Source: Selaginella moellendorffii (Eukaryota > Plantae > Lycopodiophyta). From it: DNA of 64,000 bases. The position numbers and the translations under genes were made by a program. Positions within the stretch are counted from its first letter, which is position 1. The number at the start of each line of letters is the position of its first letter. The notes beneath the pieces are model-generated. The model had not been told where the DNA came from, made no database searches, and saw only the letters and a list, made by a program, of their open reading frames with translations. The stretch covers positions 62,001-126,000 of the forward strand of contig NW_003314432.1 of the NCBI RefSeq assembly GCF_000143415.4, given 5' to 3'. Below, piece after piece: positions 1 to 12,592 of this stretch.

Positions 1-434
1 ATCTCTTCACCTAGGTGTGTAAGAAGATCTTCCCTTTTTGCCCATACCTAGTATGGTTAAGATTAATTCAATGCAAGGACTCTAGTGTGTGATAGTTAAT
101 TCCAGAGTAACTTATCTGCTTCATAGTGGGTTTTACCCTCTAGCTTATAGCAAACCTTACTTTTACAATTATGAAATTAGAAAGAGTGGCTTATTACTCT
201 TGGCAAATTTAGGCAAACTAAATCAACACTAGAGACTAATTTGAATGGGGCGTGGAGACCATTTCGTGAAATTGCCCAGTGGAATCAACACAAAAGTCAA
301 ATTGTCTAGTGTATGATAGCCTGTTGTAGATCAATTTACTTATGGAATGATGTTAAGTAGCTTTTCAAACATATAATAACTAATTTATGGAAGACTTTGT
401 TTTAAATCTAGACAAAAATTGTTTTTTAAAGCAA

Positions 435-570
435 ATCGACTGGAAGAGGATCAAGTATGTGCTGCTCACCTCGTTCGACTACTGATTGATGCGTCATGGG
501 GAGATCCATTGATCTGCTTCTTTGGTTTGTACTTCGATATGTACAACCTCAAGCACTCGTCTTCTATTTA
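435..570 (+). pseudogene. 3' fragment of alpha-L-fucosidase (GH29) gene, duplicate copy 0
   Basis: RLEEDQVCAAHLVRLLIDASWGDPLICFFGLYFDMYNLKHSSSI is nearly identical to the C-terminus of the fucosidase at 12456-12592. Similarity starts abruptly at ~435. Confidence 0.85.
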
Positions 571-1199
571 CAAGAGAAACCACAAGAGGATATATATATT
601 TCATGGATACACTTTTCAGGTATAAGAAACATAGCTTTGGGTTGGAAATCCCTGGCCTGATCAATAACAGTCTCTTTGCATCACTCCTAACAGATTGGGC
701 CTAGAGAACAACAAAAAAAAAATCAAAAGCTAGCCCTCTACCCTTTGAGCTCATGGAAAGTACCCTTACATGGAGGTGGTAGCTCATTAGCTTGTTAGCT
801 TGTCTGTTAGCTTGTCTGGAGGACCTCCTGTTGCTCTTGCTTCCTTGCCACAAAATCACACCTACAAACCCATGTCCAAATATTGAACTACAATGTAGTT
901 CTGAAAACAATATCTTTTTGCTGAAACCATCAGTCAACTACATAGTCAACTCTTTGTAGTCAATGTGATGACCATTATTAAAATGTTTTGAATTTATAAA
1001 CACAAGATTAGTCTAAATAAATATCAACAATTAGATTATAGAATATTCAAGAATACCCAGGTATATCCTATCACTGTCATTTTCTGTGCGGTGACGGTGA
1101 TAAAATGCTGTACATGTAACCATTATCCACATCAAATTATTCTAGAATATTCTAAAATCAAGTTACTATTGAGTCAGTGCTGATTTATCATTGATTAAA

Positions 1200-2015
1200 G
1201 TTTGATAGAGCATTTTGGTGTTTCTAAAGCAATTGTCCAGAAGTATTGTTAGAAGTTCTCTAACTCAACATTCCAGCATCTAGGACAATTTCTTGTGTGG
1301 CTAGTAGATCTGACAGTAGTAAAAATAGGTTTCGAGAGTTTTTGTGGCTTCTTGAATTGCTATGGTGCAATTGACTGCACATATTTCGAAGTTGAACTTC
1401 CTAGAAACACTTTTGCAAGTGATTATTACAACAAGGACAAAGATAACTCAATTGTCATGCAAGCAATCATTGATAGTGAAGCAAAGTTCTTGGATATTTG
1501 AGTTGGAGATCCTAAAAGTTGCAATGACATAACTATTTTGAGGAAGAGTTCATTCTACAGAAGAGCTCAATTAAGTGAAATTCTTAACGGACCAATAGTC
1601 TTAAGAGGCCAATACCACTTTTGGGAGTATATCATTGGAGACTTAGGATACTACGAGCTTCCGTGGTTGGACCATTTCCAAATGCAAATGGAACTAAATT
1701 GAGGGAAGCATTCAACTTTTATTTGTTGTCTTTGAGGATAGTTGTGAGAGAAGTTTTGGATTGCTTAAAGGTCATTGGAGGATGTTTAGGAAGCTGATTA
1801 AAGTTGAGACCATCACTCAGTTAACATTTGCCATAAAAACAACTTGCATTTTGCATAACTTCATTATTAGTATAGGTGACATAGGGGAAATAGACATTGA
1901 GCCTGAGCTAGTGACTAATCAACTACAAGGCTGGTGACCAGAGCCTCATGTCGCTACTACGGAGGTTAGAAACATTCTCATTACTTATGTAGTAGACTTA
2001 CACAAATCCACTTGA
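1200..2015 (+). pseudogene. Harbinger (DDE_Tnp_4/HARBI1-like) transposase, disrupted
   Basis: Motifs NCYGAIDCTY, YYNKDKDNSIVMQAIIDSEAKFLDI, GDPKSCNDITIL, YIIGDLGY and TTCILHNF, with stops and frameshifts. Confidence 0.85.
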
Positions 2016-3399
2016 AGCTCACAAATTTATTTATTTTAGCGTGCTCACAAACTCAAGTTTTGTTTTATTTTTCAGGGTTTTAATTTGGAGATGTCAGTAC
2101 AGGGCTTGAACGCGGCTGCAGCAGGGAACCTGGCTGAGAGCAGAGAGAGGGGGGCTATGATGAGTTTAGAGTCACAGCTGCTGCCAGTGTTGGTCTGATT
2201 CTAACATTCATGTTCGTTTTCCGTTCTTCTCATAAGGAAGGTTTTTAAATGATTAAAGGGGGTTTTGTGTGTTGAGTTGTCTGGCGGCAAGAGGAAGAGG
2301 GAAGAAAATGATTTGGAATGGCACTACAGAAGACGCTTGGAAATGCAACTTGAGGCTGTCGACGCAAGGGAATGCAGCTTGTGGCCATTGAAGCTGTTCT
2401 ATCACTAGAAGTTGGGATCCTACTTGGTTTCCCAATGAATTCTTTGAAATTCCCAATGAATTCGGTGGTAGGGCAGGTGGTAGAAGGCCTGGATGTTGTC
2501 CGAAAGATAAGTACCAGTACCAAGATAACACAAGCAATCTTTACTTCCGATATGTATTTTCTTCTCTTCGTTCCTTGGGAAAAATCTCATCTTGAATCCC
2601 CACAGCAATGCCAAGCTTATAGGCAATACCTGAGTAGTGGTCACCGAGAGGGGATTCAATCAACCATACACAAAGATTGTCATTTTACAGTGTGGCATTC
2701 TTGGTACTTACTCTTGCAAAGTTCTTTCTTTCCTTTCAATCTAACTCTAATCCATTCGTGTTTCTATTGCCAGACAACTAATACAAACAGCTTTACGTGA
2801 ACACTCATGTCCTTCCAACAAGAATGCTCTATCTAAATTGATGGAATCGATCCAAGGATATTGGTAGTGGCAATGCAAGATGGGAATGCTAGGCCTAGAA
2901 TTGTTGATTAGGTAAATCATCACATCTTTATTAGTTCATCATCTCTCTTGTCTCTTCGGAGATAGTAATTAGTGACATTGTAAACTACAAAAGTGAAGTT
3001 CATGAATAAGAAAATGAATTGACTTACCAAAGAATCAATTGCAAACAAGGCTTGAGTTATTTAATCCATACTCTTCACCATTTGGCTATCCAAAAACAGA
3101 GTACACTCCATGAATTCTTCCTTCTTCAGATTATGATAACAAATTTCCTTCTAGCTATTTTCCATTGTATCAATGAGGCTCACATTGTTTTCACATAGTG
3201 CTCCTACAAGTTGTTCTGCAAGTTGTGTGCAGGACTTCTTCCTCAACTAGCCTGAACTATGCTTTTCAGGATTATTGTTGTTTTCTGTCATTGCCAAAAG
3301 TGATTATAAACAAAAACTACAAAACATACCTTTAGGCTCTAATTCTCCATATGGAGGTAATAGTGATTGTTTTTGAAGCTCTTGGTGTCGGTAATGGTA

Positions 3400-4012
3400 A
3401 TTGTTGAGATGTAAGTAGTGAAGACATTGATTCCTAAATTTGTCTCTGTGAATTTACAGTTTGACAGTCCTAAAGCCACTTGTCCATCATTGCATAAAGT
3501 TGATCATTGAACTTTGGTGGTAAATCAGCTTCACAATGTTGCTCTGTTGTCATGTTTCAATACTGCTTTTGCCAATAGGAACATGATATTCATATGACTT
3601 GATTTTGTTGAACTCTTTGTAGATATACTCCCAACAAGATTGGCATTGCCCAGGCAAATGGTTGACACCATGTGTCAAATAGTAGCTAAAAACTTAGTGA
3701 ATGACTGGAAGTCTAAAATATCCAAAACTTACTCGGAAACTTGCTGCCAATAAATGCTTGTAGTCTTGTGCCTCTCCTAAATGTTACCTCGCTGCTGTAA
3801 GAAGAAATCATGCTTCTTTGCTTCATTCAGAGCCAGCAATTTTTAGTTGGTTTCAGAGGCTTCGGTGGAGTGGGAGCAGTAAAATTCCCCCTACTGAATT
3901 GAGAACCATCATATAGAAACTCTTGCTGACATTGAGTGGAGAACACAATCTCCAAATCGTTCAACTGCTGCTCTTCCATTCTACTCAAAACCCTAAAACC
4001 ATGAATTGACAT
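3400..4012 (-). pseudogene. Harbinger-associated Myb/SANT (trihelix-like) ORF, disrupted
   Basis: Minus-strand translation across frameshifts gives SYWQKQY*NMTTEQHCEADLPPKFNDQLYAMMDKWL, which resembles the trihelix/MADF C-terminal part. It is convergent with the transposase. Confidence 0.55.
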
Positions 4013-5139
4013 GTCAGCAATAGTGGCGGGAGGAAATAATTACCACATTAGCATTTTAACCTGCTATTGCAGGTTTCATGGTGGTCAACCAGCTGGGCTA
4101 GTTTTGAAAAACATTTAAATTGATTTCACTATCACAATGCCACCATTAAAAAAATGATAGTGACGATGACATATACTAAGGCAACGTTATTTCAAATTGC
4201 TGATGTGGCCATCACAATTTGACTGTGATAGTCACATGTGCAGTGTCTATTAAGAAATTAAGAAAACCAAAAATATAGTGCCTACATTGAAGAAATACTC
4301 AAAACTGAAGCTATAAAAGATAGGTATTGTGGAAAAATAAAGAATATAAAAATATGATGTGTGCAAATAGGTCATACACCTTGTGAAAGAATCATTTGCA
4401 TGTCTGGAAACCATAAGCTAATGTGACCATCATCGTCTATTTATGCAATCAGATGTTTGGTGTTCTTTTGCAAATAGCCTGCAGAAAAAAATCTATCAAA
4501 ATAAATATTTGAATTGTAAAGAATACTTGGGGAATGCATAAAAAATATGATCTTATATAACACTTTTTCTCCATCTAGCATGTCATAGAGGACAAAGTAG
4601 CAATCTATTTAAATTATAACTCAATGTAGATTGAAATCACTAGAGGATGATCCTAATGATTCAAAACAACTTGTCTCAAAAGACTAGTGCAATATTCTAA
4701 ATCTGAATACCAATCCTGGATTTGGAATGATGCTAGACTGAAAGATTAAAGGGAACTGAAGAGTTGAGTCTAGTATTCCTAAGAGTTTAAGAATGATTAA
4801 GATTGTACTCCAACATGATAGTTTTGAAAATTTTCATATACTTATATTCCATGAGAAGGGAATAGTTGGTCACAAAACATTTTACAAAGTGCTAGTTGCC
4901 ATTGAAGAAGCAATATTCCCTTATACTTGCTTTATAATTATTTGTGACAACAACATTATATATAAAACTCCACCCTGCAGAATAGAAAGAAAGTTTTCGA
5001 AGGGAATGGATGAGTAGGAAATGGCACTTGTAATCTTTCTTATTTCCAAATGGGAGCTAGAACATAGATTTGGATGCCTTGAGAGGCACACTCTGCTTGC
5101 GCCATGTCAAACTTCTCATCATCAAATTACTTAACTATC

Positions 5140-5603
5140 CTTCATTATGCATCCCTATATATCCCTATACTAATTCCTAAAGCTCTCCAAGGATTTGGTT
5201 CTTGACAGGTATGGCATTGACTTTGCGGAAGATTTGATAAATTTCCTTGTAAAATCGCCTTGCATACATGCTTTGCAAAGAGCAATCCATTCAACATAGA
5301 TTAAGCCCATCATAAAAGTGGGCCAATTGTCTTTAAATTTAATTCTCTGTATCAACATCCAATGGAGCCTTCGTAAATATCAAGAATGGGCTGAGGCCCA
5401 GCGGAGAGGATAACATATGGGACTCAGAGAGGAGAACATATGAAGCATGTCGGGAGGCAATGAGGGAGATAGGATACAAGGAAGGCAATGGGAACGAGGT
5501 ATCAATGACCCATCTCCACCCGCGCCTCAAACGCAAGCTTTTCACACCACGACTTCCCACTTTCAACAGGAGCTCATGATAGACTCTCACCGGCATGGTC
5601 TTG
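5140..5603 (-). repeat. Dispersed ~460-bp repeat with an inverted copy at 46420-46930; possibly a LINE 3' end
   Basis: The reverse complement matches 46420-46930 (for example gatacagagaattaa.tttaaagacaattggcccacttttatgatgggcttaatctatgttga). Encodes LIYVEWIALCKACMQG... Confidence 0.7.
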
Positions 5604-5868
5604 AGAATCTGGATTGCCACGCCTAGCATGGCACTGATGTGAAGCAGGAGAAGCGCAGTGCTGCTGCTCAAATTCACAACAGCAGCATTGGTCGCGTTGC
5701 TGGCTAAAGCAAACCCACTGCACTTAACACTCCAGATAGATTTCTGAAGACTCTCCTATGCCCAATCTCTGTGCGTGCCGCTCTCCATCCATGGGGGATG
5801 GGGCGGCTCACGGAATGGCTGGATATCAACGATTGATGTTTGGGTCAACACATCAAAACAGTGAAGAA

Positions 5869-7287
5869 TCAAGTCTGAACTGCTCTGAAGATGTTTTCCA
5901 GCATCACATAAGGCAATGCATCACTCACAAGGCTGGACTGGCACGTAAATTCCGCAGCATGCATCCCTCGATTCATCTCCCCGTGGTTTTTGCATGCGGT
6001 AAGAAACGTTGCCCATGCAACTCCATCTGCTGGCAAAGGCATATTCTCTAGGACACCCTCGGCCTCTTTCAATCGCCCTAGTCGTCCGAGAGCATCAACA
6101 ATGCAGGTGTAGTGGTCTTGCGAAGGATCCAATCCATTGTCAAAGCTCATTGCCGTGAAGTAGCTTACTGCTTCCTTGACGAGCCCCAGATGGCTACACG
6201 CCGTCAAAACGATGGCAAACGCTGCCTTGTCGGGGTCAAAGCCGTGAAGAAACATCGCCCAAAAGAGCTGGATCGCAGAATACGCATGCCCGGTTTGGGC
6301 ATATGCTGCAAGAATCGTGTTCCAGGAGACCAAGTTCCAAGTTGGCATCTCATCGAACGCTTTCTTAGCATCACGAATATTTGCATCTAGAGCATATACC
6401 ACTAGAATTGTGTTCCATGAATAGGAATCCCAGCAGCAAACCAAAGAAAACGCCCGGATCGCCTCTTTGAAACGACCTCTCTGGGCATAAACAGCGATTA
6501 TCGCGTTCCATGAAACAAGATCTCTGCGTGGCATTTTTTCAAACAATTGTTTTCCTTGATCAGCATCACCGTTTTTCGCGTATGACTTGATCATAATCGT
6601 CCACGAAAGTACGCTGTGCTGAGGCATCCTATCAAACAAACTCTTGGCTTGAATCAAATCCCCATTTTGGGCATAGCAGCAGTGCATCGCCCCCCAGAGG
6701 ATCGCGTTTCGGTGGACAATCTCCTGGAAGACATCCTCCGCCTCCTCCATGAATCCATTCTCCGCAAACATGACGAGCATCACCGCGCGAGTGATGCTGT
6801 TCTTCTCGGGCATGGAATCAAACGCGGCCTTCGCATCACCCACTCGCCCGCGCTGCGCGAATCCCTGCACGAGGATCGTCCACGCTACCACATTCGTCTC
6901 GGGCATCCGATCCAGCACCTCTCTCGCTCGCCCAATCTCTCCGCCGCGAGCAAATCCCCGCAGCAGCGTCGCCCACGTCTTGCAGTTCCTTTCGGGCATC
7001 ACATCAAACACCGCCTTGCTTGATCCAATCCGCCCGCAATCGCCCAGCGCCTTGACCATCGCAGTGGAGGAAACTACGTCCCACACCGCCATTCGATCGA
7101 ACGCTGCCTTGGCCTCCCCCGGATGCCCACTCTCGGCATACGCGGTCGCGAGCGCCGTCCACGACGCGATGTTCTTGGCCGGCAATGCATCAAATATCCT
7201 TCTCGATTCCTCCAAATGCCCACACCGCGCGTAGACAACCAGCGTTTTATCCCACCAAGACGATGCCTTGTGAGCTACGCGCGCCAT
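5869..7287 (-). CDS. PLS-class pentatricopeptide repeat protein (S/SS-rich, ends in a truncated E domain, no DYW)
   Basis: 472-aa open ORF with tandem ~31-aa motifs (SWTALATAYAESGH..A...FDRM), P2-L2-S2 (LTACSHLGLV, HYTCIVDALGRLGRL), E1 (WATFLTACKNH) and a partial E2. Confidence 0.88.
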   Translation of the reverse strand: MARVAHKASSWWDKTLVVYARCGHLEESRRIFDALPAKNIASWTALATAYAESGHPGEAKAAFDRMAVWDVVSSTAMVKALGDCGRIGSSKAVFDVMPERNCKTWATLLRGFARGGEIGRAREVLDRMPETNVVAWTILVQGFAQRGRVGDAKAAFDSMPEKNSITRAVMLVMFAENGFMEEAEDVFQEIVHRNAILWGAMHCCYAQNGDLIQAKSLFDRMPQHSVLSWTIMIKSYAKNGDADQGKQLFEKMPRRDLVSWNAIIAVYAQRGRFKEAIRAFSLVCCWDSYSWNTILVVYALDANIRDAKKAFDEMPTWNLVSWNTILAAYAQTGHAYSAIQLFWAMFLHGFDPDKAAFAIVLTACSHLGLVKEAVSYFTAMSFDNGLDPSQDHYTCIVDALGRLGRLKEAEGVLENMPLPADGVAWATFLTACKNHGEMNRGMHAAEFTCQSSLVSDALPYVMLENIFRAVQT

Positions 7288-7514
7288 GTTTTAAATCCGG
7301 GAGATTATTCGAGGTATATTCATCACAAGGCCTTTGCTTTTATTTGTTACACTGTAAAGAGTTTCCTTTCTCTAGCAACTTTAAGGACCTTCCTCGCTTC
7401 GCTCGTGGCTCCAAAGAATCACCCCAGCCAAAAAAAATTCCTCCTTCCACGACTACTACTTCGCTACACTGCTCTACCAAAATCCACCCAGCAACACTAC
7501 TTGTGGAGTGTGAT

Positions 7515-10050
7515 TTACAATTCCACCTCTTGCAAGTCGTCTCCAAACACTCCGGAGGAACTGGCAGCTTCGAATCCCACTGTGCCGGACTGTTGATGGT
7601 GGTGCCGATGAATCGAACTTTCCTGGTGTTGGTTTTGCTGCTGCTGCTCGACCATCACTGGCGGAGTGACTTCCAGAGCTGGAGGTGGCGGCAACGAGAC
7701 GGTCGACGGTGCTGCTGGATAGTGATTCGAATAGAACATTGCTGGCGAAGAGCTGCTCGAGAGATGATCAGGCGTTGGCCCCGGATCGTTTCTCATATCC
7801 TGTACAAACGGCTGAGCGAATGCTCCATTCCCGTTTGAGAACGCCGTGTCGGAGACAAAGTCCGGTGCTGAGGAAGGATCCACCGAATGGTTGCTGTTGA
7901 TATCTGGAGCAGCGGCAGCAGCGGCTGCAGGCACGAAAAATCTCGCTGGAGCCAAAGGCTTTGCGCTTGCCTTTGGCACCACGCCAAACAGTGGAGGAGA
8001 GTCCTATGATGTCTTGGATGGTGTTACGCTACCTTTGTTGAATGTATCGACATATCTGCAAAAACCTCGTGAGATTGGAGTGCTGGGAATGACCAAAACG
8101 GTACCTTGATCTAACGTTTTGACGTGCGCGAGCTGCGTACTGGTTACTGCTCGGAGGCATTGGTGGGATTCCACTCACAACCGGTTGCGGCCTTTCTGGA
8201 GTTGGCTGTGGTCTCTCTGGAGACATGGAAATAGGAGCGCCGTTCTCCTCCACGCGCGAGACGAGCTTGTTTGCCGTGGGAGGAGGAGCCAACGGAAGGT
8301 CTGGCGCTTGTGCCTCGGCTCCTTCTTCAACCCAGCGCTTCAGTGTCTCGTCGTATCTAAACTTGTTGCTGTTGCCAAGCTTTGCCTGCATCACATACCC
8401 GACCATCAATCAGCTAGCGCTCTTTCCAAAGCTTCTACAAACCTCCTTCGATGGTGTTTTTATGAAGCCCATCGCTCTTTGCACGAAAGAAGTAAAGACG
8501 CCTCTGTTTGGCATTCCTTTCGCTGGACTAACGATCTGATGAAAGAATACAAGTCTTAATAAGGTACACAAGAGCAAGTCGAGTTACCTGTGCAGGCCTA
8601 AAGTCAGGCTCAGAAATGCTTTTCGCTGGCATGTTGGATCTTCTCGTATTATCACTTATGGGTTCCATTGATGCTGACGAGGCAAGTGATACACTGCTTC
8701 TGCTAGAAGCTGTTGCAGGACGGTTATTAATATCAGCATTATCGGAAGCTTTCGGGGGCGAAGGGCCTATCATCTTGTGTAGACCAATATTACCAAAAAA
8801 CCGTTGCACAATTGACGTCAAGCCTCCCTGGATAACAGGAAAGTGAGTATAAAAGCCCGAGTGTCTGCTTACAAACCTGAGAGTGGATACGAAGACGCTC
8901 TTCCAAGGCTACAGCCGCTTCTTTGCACACATCAGCTGCATGGCCCGCTGTTTTCAATGTTTTCAACACCGCTTGGCAATACCTTCGAAGAGAAACCTTG
9001 TGTTAACGAAGCATACAGTTAAAAATCACTACCAACCTTAAAGCTTCGTTTATCTTTCCAGCTTCAGCAAGCATCGACGCATAAATAAGCTTGTATGGCT
9101 GAAAAGGAAGTAAAATAAACTGGGAATTGCCGGTCACTCTTGCAAATTCGTACACTTCCATTCGCTGATGAAGAAAAGGTTAACAATTGTTATTGAGGAC
9201 AAACACGGCTTACCTGGATAGCTTCTGGACTAGCGTACGTGCGTGGATACTTACAATGGTCGGCACCTATAAGACAAAGTCTGGCAGAAGGGGAGAAAGG
9301 CTCAAAACTAGCATTTGCAAGAAGATAGCAAATATGGGCTCCACATATCTGCAAGTTAAAACTATGAGAAACATCAAAGTGTGACCATGTATATACCTCA
9401 TCTCGATGTCTCCAGAGACAATCACCAAGATGCATAATCACTCTCTCGTACCCATTAGTTCGGTTAGCTGCCATTATAGCCAGGTTTTCCTGCCATTCTT
9501 CGAGCATTCCTTCTACTGCGTCCTGCAAGTCAACATGCACTCCTTAAGCAAGAGAGTAGCTTGATAAAAGTATTTCACCTGTGTTGCACCATCTACAGCG
9601 GACGCTGGAACCGGTTGAGATTGAAGCGCTGTTACGTTCGACGAATTAGTGTTCCCTATGAACACTCCGGCATGTTGACCAGCATAAAGAAGAGATAAGA
9701 GTCCGGAGGGGAAACCCTGGTTGAAACTGACGTTGAGCCATCTCCGCTATAGTGTCGGTGTAGAACTATTAAAAACCACAAGACCATCACTAACGGTCTA
9801 TACATCAAAGCTACAAGACAAGGTACCTTCTCTCCCAGCTGCCGGGCCATAAGAAGAGCACATCCCCAAAGTTGCCCGTCTTGAGCACGTAACGCCTCTT
9901 TCTGCTTTCCGGCAATCAGTAGCCTTTTCACCTCAAATGCAGTTCCCTGTCGCCAGAAAGTGTTCGTTTGTATCAACTCAAGAGAAAAAGACTGCCCAAC
10001 CTGCATTTGCTGTTCGGTTGGAGTTGTCTGTAGACAGCGAGAGCCAAAAG
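7515..10050 (-). pseudogene. SEC16: 3' half of COPII scaffold protein SEC16 (multi-exon, short introns, frameshifted)
   Basis: Plant SEC16/MAG5 motifs: EVKRLLIAGKQKEAL..QDGQLWGCAL, EEWQENLAIMAANRT..IMHLGDCLW, AHICYLLA..SARLCLIGADH..PRTYASPEAIQ, FILLPFQPYKLIYASMLAEAGK, QAKLGNSNKFRYDETLKRWVEEGAE, RSRYVDTFNKG, and the C-terminal GDDLQEVEL*. There is a +1 frameshift near 9697 relative to copy 2, and the N-terminal half is missing. Confidence 0.88.
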
Positions 10051-10681
10051 CCCATGACTCTACATCGCGCTCCTCCTTTATGTTCTCAAACAAAGCCTCG
10101 GCTTCTTCCAAATGCCCTTTCCTGGCCAATGCTGTGACGAGGGCAGTCTGCGCAACGATCGTCTTCACGGGCATCCGATCAAACAAATCCTTGGCAGAAG
10201 CTATCTTTCCACTGCGGATGCAAAGCGTGATCATCACATTTCAAGAGATCTCGCTCTTCTCTGGAGCCAATTCGAAAATCTCTCGCGCTTTATCAAGATG
10301 CCCGTTGTCGGCATATGCCGTGACGATCGAGTTCCACGTCGAGGCATCTCGCCGGAGCATCCCATCGAACGTTCTGCGCGCTCGATTTAGATCTTTCGCC
10401 TGTGCGTAGGCCTGGATCATGATTTTGGAGGAGAAGAGCTTAGGATTCTCTATGGATTCCAAGATTGCACGGGCGTCATCGACGCTGCCGCATTTGCCAT
10501 ACATCTGGACGAGCAGATTCGCGAGGTATTTGTTGCGGCGGTGCTCGCTCTGCGCAATGCGGGCGTGGATTTGCCTCCCCCGTGACAGATCCCGGCAGTT
10601 CTTGAGCAGTGCTCCCCAGGAGAGCAAGCAATCCTCTGAGGTGTCTGTGGAAATCACGAAATTGGGGAAGAGCAATGCCAT
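10051..10681 (-). pseudogene. 5' fragment of a PLS-class PPR gene fused in frame to SEC16, with an internal TGA
   Basis: ALLKNCRDLSRGRQIHARI...YLANLLVQMYGKCGSVDDARA followed by S motifs. TGA at 10241-10243 replaces the conserved Trp (ISW). The same frame continues to ERDVESW|AFGSRCLQ (SEC16). Confidence 0.85.
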
Positions 10682-10910
10682 AAACTTTGCTGGATCTCAC
10701 ACGCATTCGCGATTCGCGAGGTATTCCTTGCGAGAATCCGGGCGCGACCTCCACAGCTCTTGAGAATCCTGGACGGAGAAAGAACATTCCAATCTAGCTT
10801 GGAGATCACGGCTAAGAAGAAGAAGATAAGCAAAGATTTTACTCTCTGGTGAGAATTCCTCTACTCCACTGGGCTTATAAGATTGGCTCTCTCCTCCATT
10901 CTCTATAGCA
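10682..10910. promoter_or_regulatory. Putative bidirectional promoter between the PPR ATG (-) and the fucosidase ATG (+)
   Basis: 229-bp head-to-head spacer. It contains the palindromic CTTATAAG at 10874-10881 next to ATTGG (CCAAT on the minus strand). Confidence 0.45.
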
Positions 10911-12592
10911 ATGAATTTCCATCTCTCTTTCTTGCTCCTCGAGATACTAGTGTTCTTGAGAGCTGTCGCCCTAAATTCGCCCCTCTCCGCCCAATTCCCT
11001 CATGGCGCCAGCTCCAGTTCAACTCGCGCCGCTCTTCCACTTCGGCGTCAACACATTCACGGACTCGGAGCGTGGATCCGGCCACGAATCGCCCTCCATC
11101 TTCAACCCGGAGCGATCTAATGCGTCGCAGTGGATGGACGCGGCTCAATCCGCGGGCGCGCAGCTCGTGATCCTCACGGTCAATCACCACGACGGGTTCT
11201 GCCTGTGGCCCTCGGCCTACACCAATTTCTCCGTGGCTAGCGCGAGGAGGGAAGGGGGATGTGGTGGCCGAGTTCGTGGCCGCCGCCAGGGAGCGTGGAT
11301 TGGACGTGGATGTGGCTTTTACCTCTCGCCATGGGATTTGCACGAGAGCTGCTATGGCGACACTCTTCTCTACAACGAGTTCTACTTGGCTCAGCTCCGA
11401 GAGCTTCTTACTGGGTGAGTGAGACATTCTTTGCTTCTTCTTCTTCACGCATTTTTCTTGGTGGCATGGTCACTGTGTGATATATTTGCATTTCCTCCAG
11501 CCCATCAAACGGTTTTAGCATTAGGAGCTCGCGAGCTTGTGGGCTTTTGTAGTTTTCATCTCTAGCAGCAGATGCCTTGACGCGGCATTCTGTTTTGGCG
11601 TGCAGATATGGGCCGATCTCCGAGGTGTGGCTGGATGGTGCGAAATCACCCACTGCAATGAACATGAGCTACGATTTTGAGCTCTGGTTTGACACGATTC
11701 ATCCCCGGTGGCAACATCTTTTCCGACACTGGCCCCGACATCCGATGGGTTGGGAACGAGTATGGCGAGGCCGGACAACCATGCTGGGCGATGGCGAACA
11801 GATCTTCCATTACGATCGGCAGGAGCGATGGCCAGTACGTAAAATCCATCCTTCCATGAGACTTTCGTTCTCGTGAAACTCGATCCAATTCGCAACATCG
11901 ACAGGTACTTGATGTCTGGAGAGAGTGCTGGAACCGACTGGCTCCCTCCGGAGTGTGATATCTCCATCAGGCCCGGTTGGTTTTGGCACAGGAACGAGGC
12001 TCCAAAATCCCTGGAGCAGCTGCTCGACGTTTTCTACAAATCATCCGCCAGGAACTGCTTGCTCCTGCTCAACGTCCCTCCAAACTCGTCGGGACTGATC
12101 GACGAATCCGACTTCCAGACGCTGGAGCGGTTTAGCTCCGCCATAGATTCCATCTTGAGCGTCAACTTAGCAGCGAATCCCTTGTCCGTGACAGCAAGCA
12201 GCGTTCGCAGCTCTTCGTTCGGGCCGAAGCAAATCCTTGACGAGCGTATGGAAACTTTCTGGGCTCCAATGCAAGGGGAGTCGACCGGCTGGATCGAGCT
12301 TGATCTTGGCAAGGTCTCAAAGTTCAACGCACTGGACATCCGAGAGCCAGTAAACATGGGACAAAGGGTCATGGAATATCTCGTCGAGGCATGCGACAGC
12401 GAGCTGGGCTGGTACCTGGTGAGCAACGGTAGCACCATTGGTTACAGGAAAGTGGATCGACTGGAAGAGGATCAAGTATGTGCTGCTCGCCTCATTCGAC
12501 TGCTGATTGACGCCTTGCGGGGAGATCCATTGATCTGCTTCTTTGGTTTGTACTTCGATATGTACAACCTCAGGCACTTGTCTTCTATTTAG
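10911..12592 (+). pseudogene. Alpha-L-fucosidase (GH29, FUC1-like), copy 1, frameshifted
   Basis: Signal-peptide-like start, FHFGVNTFTDSE, ILTVNHHDGFCLWPS, YLSPWD, EVWLDGA, GPDIRWVGNE, WLPPECDISIRPGWFWH, NCLLLLNVPPN and a C-terminal F5/8-like domain. Introns at ~11415-11605 and ~11835-11904. Several small deletions shift the frame. Confidence 0.9.

Larger units (their letters stand above)
1071..4245. mobile_element. Degenerate PIF/Harbinger DNA transposon
   Basis: Absent from the homologous flanks at ~13000 and ~63600. Contains a HARBI1-type transposase (+) and a convergent Myb/SANT-like ORF (-). Ends are imperfect inverted repeats (cactg...cagtg). Confidence 0.8.
435..4680 (+). repeat. Segmental duplication copy 0 (fucosidase tail plus downstream flank, interrupted by a Harbinger element)
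   Basis: 435-1070 aligns to 12456-13000 and 62930-63600. 4250-4680 aligns to 13010-13205 and 63615-64000. Confidence 0.85.

Noticed and set aside
6112-7838. Plus-strand ORFs of 92-217 aa opposite the PPR and SEC16 genes
   Set aside because: GC-rich antisense shadows.
10241-10243. Programmed readthrough or editing of the TGA shared by both copies
   Set aside because: A simple TGG>TGA change predating the duplication explains it, and both copies carry further frameshifts.
10911-12592. Bacterial HGT of a GH29 fucosidase
   Set aside because: It has spliceosomal introns and the plant FUC1-type architecture.
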